A DNA stretch of 64,000 bases from an uncultured bacterium (lineage in GTDB: Bacteria > Bacteroidota > Rhodothermia > Rhodothermales > Rubricoccaceae). The stretch's first letter is position 1, and each line of letters starts with the position of its first letter. Positions 17,325 to 26,793 of the stretch are shown in pieces. Location of the stretch: NCBI GenBank assembly GCA_947493945.1, contig CANLSR010000004.1, positions 138,748 to 202,747 on the forward strand, read 5' to 3'. Position numbers and translations under genes: made by a program. The notes beneath the pieces were generated by a model. It was not told where the DNA came from. It was given only the letters and a program-made list of their open reading frames with translations, and searched no databases.

Positions 17325-18254
17325 TCACTGGCAGGCGACGGCGCTCCAGTTGCTGTGGCCGCGGCCGGGCTGGCAGCGCACCTGACGGCCGGCCTGGACC
17401 AGGTCCCACGTGTCGCCGACGCGGGTGTAGGTCAGCCGCAGCCGCTCGTCGCGGACCGAGTCGTCGCGCAGGTCCAGGAGCGTCACCAGCGCGACGGCCT
17501 CGTACGGCGACTCCGACAGCACGTCGACCGTCGTCCGGCCGGCGTCGTCGCTGTAGCGCCGGGCGATGGCCTGGGCAGCGACCCCGGGCGCAGACGCGGA
17601 GTTGAGGCCGCGGAGCACGTCGTCGGCGGGGGCGAACGCGCCCAGGTCGGAGGCGCGTGTCGGCGCCGGGCCTCGGGTGCCCGACGTGAGCAGGCGCAGG
17701 CCCGAGACGATCTGCGCGCCCTCGTCCAGCGACACCGGCCGGCACCCGCCCTCGGTGTCGCTCAGGAACAGGGCCGCGGCGCCGTCGAGCTCGATAAAGT
17801 CCGACACGACCGTGTTGATCCCCCAGACCTGGGCGCTCGTCGCGTCCGGCACGTCGGCGGCCCGGTACACCAGGACCGTCTGGCCGAGGTCGGCGATGTG
17901 GGCCTTGGTGAAGACGAGCGGCAGCTCCGGCCCGCCGAACCCGTCGTTGCCCCCGCTCACCTCGAAGCAGGAGCCGTCGGAGCGGCGGTAGCCCAGGGCG
18001 TAGCTGGCGCCCGTGCCGACGCGCCCGGCCTCGAAGTAGGCGAGCTCGAACGCGTCGAGGACGGCCGGGACCAAGACCGGCACGCCGAGCGCGAGGAGCT
18101 GATCCGACTGGTCGTCGGTGAGCCCCCGGACCTTCACGTCGTTCCCCTCGGGGAACGCGTTGGGGGACAGGTTCGAGCAGGCGGAGACCGCCAGCAGGAC
18201 GGAGGCGAGGAGGGCGGGCGCGGTCAGGTGTCTCGCGGGTCGGGTCGGAAACAT
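17325..18254 (-). CDS. hypothetical lipoprotein
   Basis: 309 aa. Lipobox-type signal LLASVLLAVSAC. GC3-rich frame. No family recognised. Confidence 0.6.
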   Translation of the reverse strand: MFPTRPARHLTAPALLASVLLAVSACSNLSPNAFPEGNDVKVRGLTDDQSDQLLALGVPVLVPAVLDAFELAYFEAGRVGTGASYALGYRRSDGSCFEVSGGNDGFGGPELPLVFTKAHIADLGQTVLVYRAADVPDATSAQVWGINTVVSDFIELDGAAALFLSDTEGGCRPVSLDEGAQIVSGLRLLTSGTRGPAPTRASDLGAFAPADDVLRGLNSASAPGVAAQAIARRYSDDAGRTTVDVLSESPYEAVALVTLLDLRDDSVRDERLRLTYTRVGDTWDLVQAGRQVRCQPGRGHSNWSAVACQ

Positions 18255-18302
18255 GGCGTCGGCGTGGGGGGCGTTGCCTACGCCGCCGGAACGATGAGGT
18301 GC

Positions 18303-18968
18303 CTAGGCCCGAAACGTCGTCGCCTGGCGGAAGGCCTCGACGTTGCGGGCCACGTCGCCCTTGAACACCGCGCTTCCAGCGACGAGCACGTCGGCGCCGG
18401 CCTCGACCAAGGCGCGTGCGTTGTCGGGCGTGACGCCGCCGTCGACCTCGATCAGCGGGCGCTCGCGGAGGCCCGAGAGCATCTCGCGCAGCCGCCGCAC
18501 CTTGCCCACCGTGCCCGGGATGAACGTCTGGCCGCCGAAGCCGGGGTTGACCGACATCACCAGGACCAGGTCGAGGTCGGCGGCGATGTCCTCCAGCATC
18601 ACCAGCGGCGTGGCCGGGTTGAGCGCCACGCCGGCCCGGCAGCCCAGCGCCTGGATGGCCTGGACCGTCCGGTGGAGGTGCGGACACGCCTCCTGGTGGA
18701 CCGTGATGGACGCCGCGCCGGCCTCGGCGAAGTCCTCCAGGAAGGTGTCCGGGTCCTCGATCATCAGGTGGACGTCCATCGGCACGTCGAACTCGCGCGC
18801 GAGGCCCGCCAGCCCGCGCATGACCGGCGCGCCGAACGAGATGTTGGGCACGAAGTGGCCGTCCATCACGTCGATGTGGAGCCAGTCGGCCCCGGCGTCG
18901 AGCGACTGGCGGGCGTGGTCGGCCAGGCGGCCAAAGTCGGCGGCCAGGACGGAGGGGGCGAGGGTCAC
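18303..18968 (-). CDS. rpe: ribulose-phosphate 3-epimerase
   Basis: GTG start (VTLAPSVLAADFGRL). HIDVMDGHFVPN, DVHLM, MSVNPGFGGQ and VDGGV motifs. The upstream part of the track ORF is shadow. Confidence 0.9.
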   Translation of the reverse strand: MTLAPSVLAADFGRLADHARQSLDAGADWLHIDVMDGHFVPNISFGAPVMRGLAGLAREFDVPMDVHLMIEDPDTFLEDFAEAGAASITVHQEACPHLHRTVQAIQALGCRAGVALNPATPLVMLEDIAADLDLVLVMSVNPGFGGQTFIPGTVGKVRRLREMLSGLRERPLIEVDGGVTPDNARALVEAGADVLVAGSAVFKGDVARNVEAFRQATTFRA

Positions 18969-19000
18969 GGGTAGAGAGGGGTCAGATCGGAAAGCTAGGG

Positions 19001-19396
19001 CTAACGGCTCGCCGACCGGCTCCGCCAGCGGAGCGCGGCCCCGCCGAGGCCCGCCAGCGCCACGCCGAACGACTGGAACAGCGGCACCGCCAGCGGCGCC
19101 GACGCGCTCTTGGGCCCGGGCGCCAGCACGAACGCCAGCGCGTAGAGCCCGACGGCGAACGCCACGGCCAGCACCAGCCCGCCCAGCACCAAGGCCTCGG
19201 CCTCCAGCACGCCCGACACCCACCGGCTCAGGGCCACGAACGCGACGTAGGGCAGGAGCGAGATCATGACGACGGCCGCGACCGACTGCCACGGCCGGTC
19301 GCCCGCGGTCGCGAACACGACCACGGTGGTGGCCACCACGGCCGCGGCGGCGGTGAGTCGGGTGATCCGGGCGAGGTCGCCGGGCTGGACAGTCAT
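19001..19396 (-). CDS. hypothetical membrane protein (about 4 TM)
   Basis: 131 aa and hydrophobic. The last codons (LRWRSRSASR) and the stop lie in a decayed REP-like sequence. Confidence 0.5.
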   Translation of the reverse strand: MTVQPGDLARITRLTAAAAVVATTVVVFATAGDRPWQSVAAVVMISLLPYVAFVALSRWVSGVLEAEALVLGGLVLAVAFAVGLYALAFVLAPGPKSASAPLAVPLFQSFGVALAGLGGAALRWRSRSASR

Positions 19397-19434
19397 GGCG
19401 GTCAGGGAGGCCGAAAGCTAGCCCACCGCTCGCC

Positions 19435-19459
19435 CCGCTGGCGGGGCGCGTCCGCCAGC
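19435..19459. repeat. REP family 1
   Basis: CCGCTGGCGGggcgcgtCCGCCAGC, intergenic. Confidence 0.8.
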
Positions 19460-19590
19460 AGGAGACGGGTCGCGGTCTGGGGGGCGATCGCGAAACGGCC
19501 GGCGGAATGCCCCGCGCGCACGTGGGATTTAAGAACCTGCAAAGAGCGCCGATCTACCACGTACCCGGATCCCACCTTTCTAGAGAACCC

Positions 19591-19866
19591 ATGGCCCAGA
19601 CGTCTGCCCTCTCGTGGCGCCGCATCGCCGGCGTCGACCCCGACGTGCTCCACGCGATCCGCGAGGTGTTCGAGGAGGAGCGGGCCCCCGGCGCCGCCGT
19701 CTTCGCCCTCCGCGAGCCCGGGTCCCAGACCGCGTACCTGTCGCCGCTCGCCGACGTGCCCGTCGACGCCCCCGCCGTCCCGTGCGGGCCGCCCCCCGAC
19801 CACCCCCGCCTCCGGCTCATCGCCGGGGACCGGACCTTGTGGAGCACCGTGGTCGGCCACCTGTAG
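19591..19866 (+). CDS. hypothetical small protein
   Basis: MAQTSALSWRRIAGVDPDVLHAIREVFEEE... Strong GC3 periodicity from this ATG. No family recognised. Confidence 0.45.
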   Translation: MAQTSALSWRRIAGVDPDVLHAIREVFEEERAPGAAVFALREPGSQTAYLSPLADVPVDAPAVPCGPPPDHPRLRLIAGDRTLWSTVVGHL

Positions 19867-19927
19867 GCGATCGCCGGGAGCGGGGTAGGCGCGGCCCGCC
19901 CGCAGGCGTACGCGTGTCAAGAGGCCG

Positions 19928-19958
19928 TCGCGCTGGCGGACGCGCTCCGCCAGCGCGA
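19928..19958. repeat. REP family 1 (13-bp stem TCGCGCTGGCGGA / TCCGCCAGCGCGA, loop CGCGC)
   Basis: Perfect hairpin between the convergent small ORF and tkt. Confidence 0.9.
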
Positions 19959-19964
19959 CGCGAG

Positions 19965-22010
19965 CTAGGCGCCCATGGCCCGACGGGCGGCCTCGACCAC
20001 GGCGTCGGCCGTGATCCCGAGGTCGGTGAGCGCCTCCGTGCCCGGCGCGCTCGTCCCGAAACGGTCGAGGGCCACCACCACGCCGTCCAGGCCCACGATG
20101 CGGCCCCAACCGAACGGGCTCGCCGCCTCGACGGCCACGCGCGCCCGCACCGAGCGCGGGAGCACGGACTCGCGGTAGCCCTCGTCCTGCTCCCAGAACA
20201 GGCGGTCGCACGGCATCGAGACCACCCGGGCGCCGGCGCCCAGCGTCTGCTTGGCCTCCATCGCCAGCCCGACCTCGGAGCCGGACGCGATCAGGATCAC
20301 CTCGGGCTCGCCGTCCGAGTCGGACACGACGTAGGCGCCCCGGGCGACGCCGTCGGTGGCGCGGCTCTGGGTCTCGGCCATCGTCGGCAGCGCCTGACGG
20401 CTCAGGGCGAGGGCCGTCGGGTGGTCGCGGGTTTCGAGGGCCAGCTTCCAGGCCGCGGCGGTCTCGTTGGCGTCGGCCGGGCGGATCATGCGCAGGCCGG
20501 GGATCGCGCGCAGGCCCGCCAGCTGCTCGACGGGCTGGTGCGTCGGGCCGTCCTCGCCCAACCCCACCGAGTCGTGCGTGAACACGTGGACCACCGGCGC
20601 GCCCATCAGCGCCCCCAGCCGCACGGCCGGCTTCATGTAGTCGCTGAAGATCAGGAACGTGCCGCCGTACGGGCGGATGGCGCCGTGCAGCGCCATCCCG
20701 TTCATGGCCGCCGCCATCGCGTGCTCGCGGATGCCGTAGTGGACGTAGCGCTGGGCCGGCGTGCCAAACTGGAAGTCCTCCATGCCGGCGGCCTTGGTCT
20801 TGACCGACGGCGTCAGGTCCGCCGAGCCGCCCATCAGCTCGGGCAGGACGGGCGCCAGCGCGTCGAGGACCTTGCCGCTGGCGGCCCGGCTGGCCATCCC
20901 CTTGGCGTCGGCGTCGAACGACGGGAGCGCGTCGAGCCACCCCTCGGGCAGTTCCCCAGAGATGCGGCGGCGCAGCTCGGCGCCCTTGTCCGCCTCGTCG
21001 GCTTGGAACGCGTCCATGTCGTCGTCCCACTGGCGCTGGGCGTCGGCGCCGCGCGCGGCCTGCTCGCGGAGGAGCGTCGTCGCGTCGTCCGCCACGTAGA
21101 ACTCGGGCTCGAGCGGGATGCCGAGGTGGTTTTTGGTCGCCTCCAGCTCGGCCTTGCCCAGCGCGTCGGAGTGGATCGTGTGCTGGCCGGCCAGGTTGGG
21201 CGAGCCGTAGCCGATGGTGGTGCGCACCTCCAGGAAGCTGGGCCGGTCGAGCACGTTGCGGGCCGTCTCGATGGCCGCCGCGACTGCCTCGCGGTCGTGC
21301 CCGTCGATCTCGCGGATCACGTGCCAGCCCAGCGCCTGGTACCGCCCGGCGCGGTCCTCGGTAAACGACAGCTCGGTGTCGCCGTCGATGGAGACGTGGT
21401 TGTCGTCGTAGAGGACCACCAGCTTGCCCAGGCCCAGGTGGCCCGCCAGCGAGCACGCCTCGTTGGTGACGCCCTCCTGGAGGTCGCCGTCCGACGCGAT
21501 CACATACGTGTAGTGGTCCACGACCACGTGGTCGCCGGTGTTGAACTGGGCGGCCAGGTGGCGCTCGGCCATCGCCATGCCCACGGCCGTCGCCAGCCCC
21601 TGGCCGAGGGGTCCGGTCGTGGTCTCGACGCCCGGCGTGTGGTGGACCTCGGGGTGGCCCGGCGTCATCGACCCGAGCTGGCGGAACCGCTTGAGCTGCT
21701 CCAGCGGCAGACTGTAGCCGCTCAGGTGGAGCAGGCTGTAGATCAGCATCGAGCCGTGGCCGGCCGAGAGCACGAACCGGTCGCGGTCGAACCACGCGGG
21801 GTCGTCCGGGTTGTGCTTGAGGAACCGGCTCCAGAGCACGACGGCGGCGTCGGCCATGCCCATCGGCAGCCCCGGGTGGCCCGAGTCGGCCGTCTCGATG
21901 GCGTCGATGGTGAGCCCACGGATGGCGTTGGCCGCGCTCTCCTCCAGGCGCGCCCGCTCGGCGGCGTCGCGGTCGGTGGCGTCGGGGGCGGGGGCAATCG
22001 TGTCGGGCAT
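19965..22010 (-). CDS. tkt: transketolase
   Basis: Starts [50 protein letters not shown]. Confidence 0.95.
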   Translation of the reverse strand: MPDTIAPAPDATDRDAAERARLEESAANAIRGLTIDAIETADSGHPGLPMGMADAAVVLWSRFLKHNPDDPAWFDRDRFVLSAGHGSMLIYSLLHLSGYSLPLEQLKRFRQLGSMTPGHPEVHHTPGVETTTGPLGQGLATAVGMAMAERHLAAQFNTGDHVVVDHYTYVIASDGDLQEGVTNEACSLAGHLGLGKLVVLYDDNHVSIDGDTELSFTEDRAGRYQALGWHVIREIDGHDREAVAAAIETARNVLDRPSFLEVRTTIGYGSPNLAGQHTIHSDALGKAELEATKNHLGIPLEPEFYVADDATTLLREQAARGADAQRQWDDDMDAFQADEADKGAELRRRISGELPEGWLDALPSFDADAKGMASRAASGKVLDALAPVLPELMGGSADLTPSVKTKAAGMEDFQFGTPAQRYVHYGIREHAMAAAMNGMALHGAIRPYGGTFLIFSDYMKPAVRLGALMGAPVVHVFTHDSVGLGEDGPTHQPVEQLAGLRAIPGLRMIRPADANETAAAWKLALETRDHPTALALSRQALPTMAETQSRATDGVARGAYVVSDSDGEPEVILIASGSEVGLAMEAKQTLGAGARVVSMPCDRLFWEQDEGYRESVLPRSVRARVAVEAASPFGWGRIVGLDGVVVALDRFGTSAPGTEALTDLGITADAVVEAARRAMGA

Positions 22011-22191
22011 GACGTGCGGGAGCGGAGGGGTACGGTGGGATCGGAGGCGGCCAGAGATACGGAGCGCCTCCGGTTTCGATCCCCCGGACGCGCCCGGCCC
22101 CGCCGCCCAATGGGCGGCCCACGAGTCCGGCCTCGTTTCCACCGGGCCCACTTAAGGACGGCGGCCCGCGTGCCGAAAACAGGGGTATGCT

Positions 22192-23634
22192 ATGTCGTCC
22201 TCCTCTCCCACGTCCCCGATGACCGCGGTCCCGCCAACCGCCGGCGCTCGGAGAGCGACCCGAGCGATCGAGTGGTTTATCCCCACGCGTAGCCCCGACC
22301 CCGTCGAGCACCTGCGGACCCAGCTCTACGTCGTGTTCTCGTTTTTGGTCGCGGCCAACGGGGCGCTCTTCGGCACCCTCCACGCCGTCCACCACCTGCC
22401 GGGGTCTAGCTGGACGGTCGTGTGGGTGCTCGCGCTGATCTGCGGCGCCAGCCTGTGCTTCCCGTGGCTGCTCCGCGCCGGGGGCTCGCTCCGCGTCCTG
22501 GTGCCGGCGTTCATGGTGTTCTTCGAGGTCGCCGTCGTGGCGGTGACCTTGTTCGACGGCGGGCTCCGGTCGGGGGCCGTGTTCTGGCTGGTGTTCCTGC
22601 CGCTGGTCGCCGCGTTCATCGGCGGGGCCCGTCTGGGGTGGGCCATCGCGGCCGTCTCGGCCATCGTCGGGGCGTCGTTGTTCGGGGCCCACATGGCGGG
22701 CTGGGCATTCTCCACGGCCCTGACGCCCGAAAAGTCGGCGCTCCATTACGTCCTCAACTTCGTGTGCGCCGTGGCCCTGACGGGCGTGCTCGCGGCGCTC
22801 TACGAGGGGCCGATGGTCCGGCACCTGGGCGCGGTCTCCGACCAGCTGGAGGAGGCGAACGACGCGCTCCGGAGCGAGCTGGCCGAGCGCCGCCAGGCCC
22901 AGGCGCGGGCGGAGGCCGCCAGCCAGGCCAAGGACGCGCTCTTGTCCAACATGAGCCACGAGTTCCGGACGCCGCTCACGGCCATCCTGGGCTTTACCGA
23001 TATGCTGGTCGCCGAGGTGGACGCCGACCAGAGGCCGTTCCTCCAGGCCATCGACCGGGGCGCCCAGCGGCTGCTCGGCACGTTGGACGGCGTGCTGGAG
23101 CTGAGCTGGATCGCCAGCAGCACGGACCTCCCGTGCGAGCCAGTCGCGATGGGCGACCTCGCCCGCGCCTGCGCCGCCACGGCCCGGCTGGAGGCGGCGG
23201 GCCGGGAGCTCTCGGTCGAGGTCGTGGGCGACGGCATCGCCCGGGCGGACCCGAGGGCCGCCGGCCTGGTGCTCGCCGCGCTCGTCCACAACGCGGTCCG
23301 GTTTACCGACCGTGGCCGAATCGTGGTCACGGTCGTCCAGGGCGCCGACGAGGTCCGGGTGGACGTTGCCGACACGGGAATCGGAATGCCAGCCGAGTTC
23401 GTCGGCGTCGCCACCGAGCCGTTCCGGCAGGCCTCTGAGGGCCACGCCCGGACGCACGAGGGCGTAGGGCTGGGGCTGACCATCGCGCAGCAGCTTACGC
23501 GCAAGATGCACGGCCGGCTGGAGATCGCGAGCCTGGAAGGCCGCGGTACGACCGTCTCCGTCTGCCTCCCGGCCGCCCCCGTGCCGCCGCCCGCCGCCGA
23601 GAGCCGGCCGAGGTCTCGCGTAGGCGTGGCCTGA
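22192..23634 (+). CDS. membrane-bound sensor histidine kinase
   Basis: 480 aa. About 6 N-terminal TM segments, a coiled linker, HisKA MSHEFRTPLTAILGF, HATPase GIGMP...GVGLGLTIAQ. Confidence 0.85.
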   Translation: MSSSSPTSPMTAVPPTAGARRATRAIEWFIPTRSPDPVEHLRTQLYVVFSFLVAANGALFGTLHAVHHLPGSSWTVVWVLALICGASLCFPWLLRAGGSLRVLVPAFMVFFEVAVVAVTLFDGGLRSGAVFWLVFLPLVAAFIGGARLGWAIAAVSAIVGASLFGAHMAGWAFSTALTPEKSALHYVLNFVCAVALTGVLAALYEGPMVRHLGAVSDQLEEANDALRSELAERRQAQARAEAASQAKDALLSNMSHEFRTPLTAILGFTDMLVAEVDADQRPFLQAIDRGAQRLLGTLDGVLELSWIASSTDLPCEPVAMGDLARACAATARLEAAGRELSVEVVGDGIARADPRAAGLVLAALVHNAVRFTDRGRIVVTVVQGADEVRVDVADTGIGMPAEFVGVATEPFRQASEGHARTHEGVGLGLTIAQQLTRKMHGRLEIASLEGRGTTVSVCLPAAPVPPPAAESRPRSRVGVA

Positions 23635-23852
23635 CCCTGACGCGCGGGACCACGACCGGCGTTCCTCGCGGGTGGAGGGCAGAGGTCACGGCGCCGGCCA
23701 CCACCAAAGAGTCCCCCGAGCCGGCGGCGTGGCGGCCGGTACCAGCGCCCCCGCCCGGTACGTTGACCGCCGCCGACCGGCGGGCCACCGCTCGCGGCCG
23801 TGCATCCACGCGGCGGTTGGCCCGTAGGTCTGCACGCCCGTCCGCCCCCGAC

Positions 23853-26726
23853 ATGCCCGACACTGCCCCGACCGTCTCTCTCTGGCGCCGCCTGCTCGCC
23901 CGGCTGGCGGCAGCGCTCCGCCAGTCGGTCGCGTGGTTGTGGGCGCGGCTGCGCGCGGCCGCCGCCGCCGTCGGGGGCCACGTCCGCGACGCCGAGCTCC
24001 CGACCTGGAAGCGCGCGGGCTGGGGCGCCGGCGGGCTGGCCGGCGCCGGCGCGCTCGCCGGAGGGGCGCTGGTGCTCGGCGTGCTGCTCTACGCCCTCGT
24101 GCTGTGGCCGTTCACGCCGTCCGTGGCCGACTTGCGCGGCGCCCGGGAGGTGGACCCGGCCACCGTGGTCTCGGCCGACGGCACGACGCTGACGCACTTT
24201 TCCCGCCGCAACCGCGAGTGGAAGACGCTGGACGAGATCTCGCCGGCCGTCGTCCAGGCGCTCGTGGCGACCGAGGACCGGCGCTTCCGCACGCACGGCG
24301 GCATCGACCTCTACGGCTGGGGCGCCGTCGCGGCGGGCGCGGCGACGGGCAAGGGGCTGCGGGGCGCGTCCACGATCACCCAGCAGCTCGCCCGCAACCT
24401 GTTCCCCGACGAGATCGGCAACGACGCCTCGCTGACGCGCAAGCTCAAGGAGGCCGTCACGGCGCGCAAGATCGAGGGCGTCTACTCCAAGGACGAGGTC
24501 CTGGAGCTCTACCTCAACACCGTCCCGTTCCTCTACAACGCGTGGGGCATCGAGATGGCCGCGCGCACCTACTTCTCGACCGACGCGGGCTCTCTCGACC
24601 GGCTCCAGGCGGCGACGCTGGTCGGGATGCTCAAGGGCACCTCGTCCTACAACCCGTACCGCAACCCGTTGCGCGCCAAGGCGCGGCGCAACGTGGTCCT
24701 GGGCCAGATGGTCCGGTTCGGGGGCCTCGACCCGGCCGAGGCCGACCGGCTGAAAGAGCAGCCGCTGGGCCTGCGGTTCGAGCGCCAGCCGATGGAGCGG
24801 AGCCGGGCGCCCCACTTTACCGAGCACGTGCGGATCGAGCTGGAGGACTGGGCCGACGACGCCGGCTACAGCCTGTACGGCGACGGCCTGACGGTCCACA
24901 CCACGCTGGACTGGCGGATGCAGCAGCACGCCCAGGCCTCGGCCGAGAAGTTCGGCGACGCGCTCCAGTCCGTCGCCGACGTCGAGTGGGGACGCGCTGG
25001 GACGGACCGTCTCGGCCCAACCACCTCGCCCTACGTCACCGCCAGCCGCCAGACCCAGGCCTTCGAGCGGTTCTGGACGATCCGCCGCGCCGCCGCCGAC
25101 GCCTTCGTCCGCGACACGCGCGCCTACCAGCGCGCCGTCGGCCAGGGCCGCGACGCCGGCTCGGTGATCGACAGCCTGCGCGCCCAGCCGACGTTTCTGG
25201 ACTCGCTCCGCGCCGTCAAGATGCGGCTGGAGATCGCGATGACGGCCGTGGAGCCCGCGACGGGCGAGGTCAAGGTCTGGGTCGGCAGCCGCGACTTTCG
25301 GAAATCAGCCTACGACCACGTCGCGCGTGCGCGCCGCCAGCCGGGCTCGACGTTCAAGCCGTTCCTGTACGCGCGTGCGTTGGAAGAGGGCTTCCGCCCG
25401 GACGATCAGATCCCCGATCAGGACGTCTCCATCGAGATGGACGACGGCGTGGTCTGGCAGCCGACCAACGCCAGCGGCTCAGCCTCGGGCGAGATGGTGA
25501 CGTTGCGCGAGGGGCTCGTCTACTCCAAAAACACCGTCGCCGCCCGGCTGGTGCAGGAGGTCGGCGCCAGGGACCTGGCGCGGACGGCGCGGCGTCTGGG
25601 CGTGACCAGCAAGCTCAAAGCGGTCCCGTCGCTGGCGCTGGGCACGAGCGACGTGTCGCTCCTGGAGATGACGGGCGCGTATGCCACCCTCGCTGCTGGC
25701 GGCGTGCGCCACCCGCTGGTGACGGTCACGCACATCACCGACCGTGACGGAAAGGAGATCGCCCGGTTCGCGCCTGAGCCTCAGACCGTCCTCGACGCGG
25801 AGGTGGCGACGGACCTGGTGGACATGATGCGCGGCGTGGTGGACGAGGGGACGGGCCGCGACGTCCGCGCCCGGTTCGGCGCGCGCGGCGACCTGGCCGG
25901 CAAGACCGGCACCACCCAGGACGGCGCCGACGGCTGGTTCCTGCTCATGCACCCGGACCTGGTCACGGGCGCCTGGGTCGGCTTCGACGACCCGCGCGTC
26001 ACGTTCCGCTCGGCGTACTGGGGCCAGGGCGGCCACAACGCGCTGCGCGTCGTGGGCGACTTCGAGCGCGCCGTCCAGCGCGATGGCTTGGTCGACACCG
26101 GCCGCGAGTTCCCTCGGCCCGACCAAGTGGATGAGCGCGGCCCGAGCCTGTGGGGCCGCTTTTCAGGATGGCTCGGCGGGCTGGCGGACCGCGCCTTCGA
26201 CCGCGCCACCGGTGGCGCGGACGTACCCGACGACTACGGTCCGCGCACACCCGGCCGCCGCGCGGGCGAACCGGACGAGCGAAACCGACCCGACGACCGC
26301 CGTGACCGCCGCGACGACCGCGACCGCCAGCGGGACGCGGTCCTGGCCGACAACCTCGACTGGCTCCGCGACGCCTGGGCCGACGTGGACGACATCGACG
26401 ACCCCGACGCCCGCCGCGCCGCCGCCGAGGTGCTGCGCCGAGCCGCACGGGAGTTCGAGCGCGGCGACGCCGGCCGCGGCTGGACGGATCGCGTCAACGA
26501 TGCCCTCGACCGGGCCGTGGACGAGGCGCAGCGCGAGGCCGAGCGGGCCGTCCGCCGCGAGGTCGAGGACCGCGGGTTCCTGATCGACGAGGTGGTGCCC
26601 TACGACGAGGGCGCCGTCGAGCTGGAGCCGCTGGAGGAGGTGCCGGTTGCCCCCGACGCGCCCCCGGCGCCGACGGGCCGCGAGCCCGAACCGGGCCGCG
26701 ACTACGACGGCCGGATCGGCTGGTAG
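23853..26726 (+). CDS. mrcA: class A penicillin-binding protein (PBP1A-type transglycosylase/transpeptidase)
   Basis: Likely start MPDTAPTV. Transglycosylase EDRRFRTHGGID and RKLKE. Transpeptidase QPGSTFKP, SKN and KTGTT. The C-terminal tail of ~200 aa is highly charged. Confidence 0.9.
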   Translation: MPDTAPTVSLWRRLLARLAAALRQSVAWLWARLRAAAAAVGGHVRDAELPTWKRAGWGAGGLAGAGALAGGALVLGVLLYALVLWPFTPSVADLRGAREVDPATVVSADGTTLTHFSRRNREWKTLDEISPAVVQALVATEDRRFRTHGGIDLYGWGAVAAGAATGKGLRGASTITQQLARNLFPDEIGNDASLTRKLKEAVTARKIEGVYSKDEVLELYLNTVPFLYNAWGIEMAARTYFSTDAGSLDRLQAATLVGMLKGTSSYNPYRNPLRAKARRNVVLGQMVRFGGLDPAEADRLKEQPLGLRFERQPMERSRAPHFTEHVRIELEDWADDAGYSLYGDGLTVHTTLDWRMQQHAQASAEKFGDALQSVADVEWGRAGTDRLGPTTSPYVTASRQTQAFERFWTIRRAAADAFVRDTRAYQRAVGQGRDAGSVIDSLRAQPTFLDSLRAVKMRLEIAMTAVEPATGEVKVWVGSRDFRKSAYDHVARARRQPGSTFKPFLYARALEEGFRPDDQIPDQDVSIEMDDGVVWQPTNASGSASGEMVTLREGLVYSKNTVAARLVQEVGARDLARTARRLGVTSKLKAVPSLALGTSDVSLLEMTGAYATLAAGGVRHPLVTVTHITDRDGKEIARFAPEPQTVLDAEVATDLVDMMRGVVDEGTGRDVRARFGARGDLAGKTGTTQDGADGWFLLMHPDLVTGAWVGFDDPRVTFRSAYWGQGGHNALRVVGDFERAVQRDGLVDTGREFPRPDQVDERGPSLWGRFSGWLGGLADRAFDRATGGADVPDDYGPRTPGRRAGEPDERNRPDDRRDRRDDRDRQRDAVLADNLDWLRDAWADVDDIDDPDARRAAAEVLRRAAREFERGDAGRGWTDRVNDALDRAVDEAQREAERAVRREVEDRGFLIDEVVPYDEGAVELEPLEEVPVAPDAPPAPTGREPEPGRDYDGRIGW
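23903..23924. repeat. REP family 1 copy inside the PBP1A N-terminal cytoplasmic tail
   Basis: GCTGGCGGcagcgctCCGCCAG, translated in frame as RLAAALRQS. Confidence 0.6.
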
Positions 26727-26736
26727 CCATCCGCTG

Positions 26737-26790
26737 CTGGCGGTTCGTCTCGCTGCGCCGCCGACGCGCGCCGCGAGCGGCTGCCGCCAG
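26737..26790. repeat. REP-like half sites in inverted orientation with long spacer
   Basis: CTGGCGG (26737-43) and CCGCCAG (26784-90), filling the PBP1A/nuoH convergent spacer. The arms are only 7-8 bp. Confidence 0.35.
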
Positions 26791-26793
26791 TGG

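Noticed and set aside
22060-22095. A tRNA-like T-arm (CCGGTTTCGATCCCCCGG) in the tkt / kinase divergent spacer. A TTCGAA motif also occurs at 45093.
   Set aside because: The loop is 10 nt rather than 7, and I could not build acceptor, D or anticodon arms around it. The 45093 motif lies inside the SRP-like hairpin.
19402-23511. Very long ORFs antisense to or overlapping known genes. Examples: 1369 aa at 19402..23511, 974 aa at 13858..16782, 952 aa at 14013..16871, 892 aa at 19614..22292, 795 aa at 5530..7917.
   Set aside because: Their translations are Arg/Pro/Gly/Ala low-complexity strings with no motifs. They lie opposite strongly recognisable genes (tkt, priA, dnaB and others). Long stop-free shadows are expected at this GC content.
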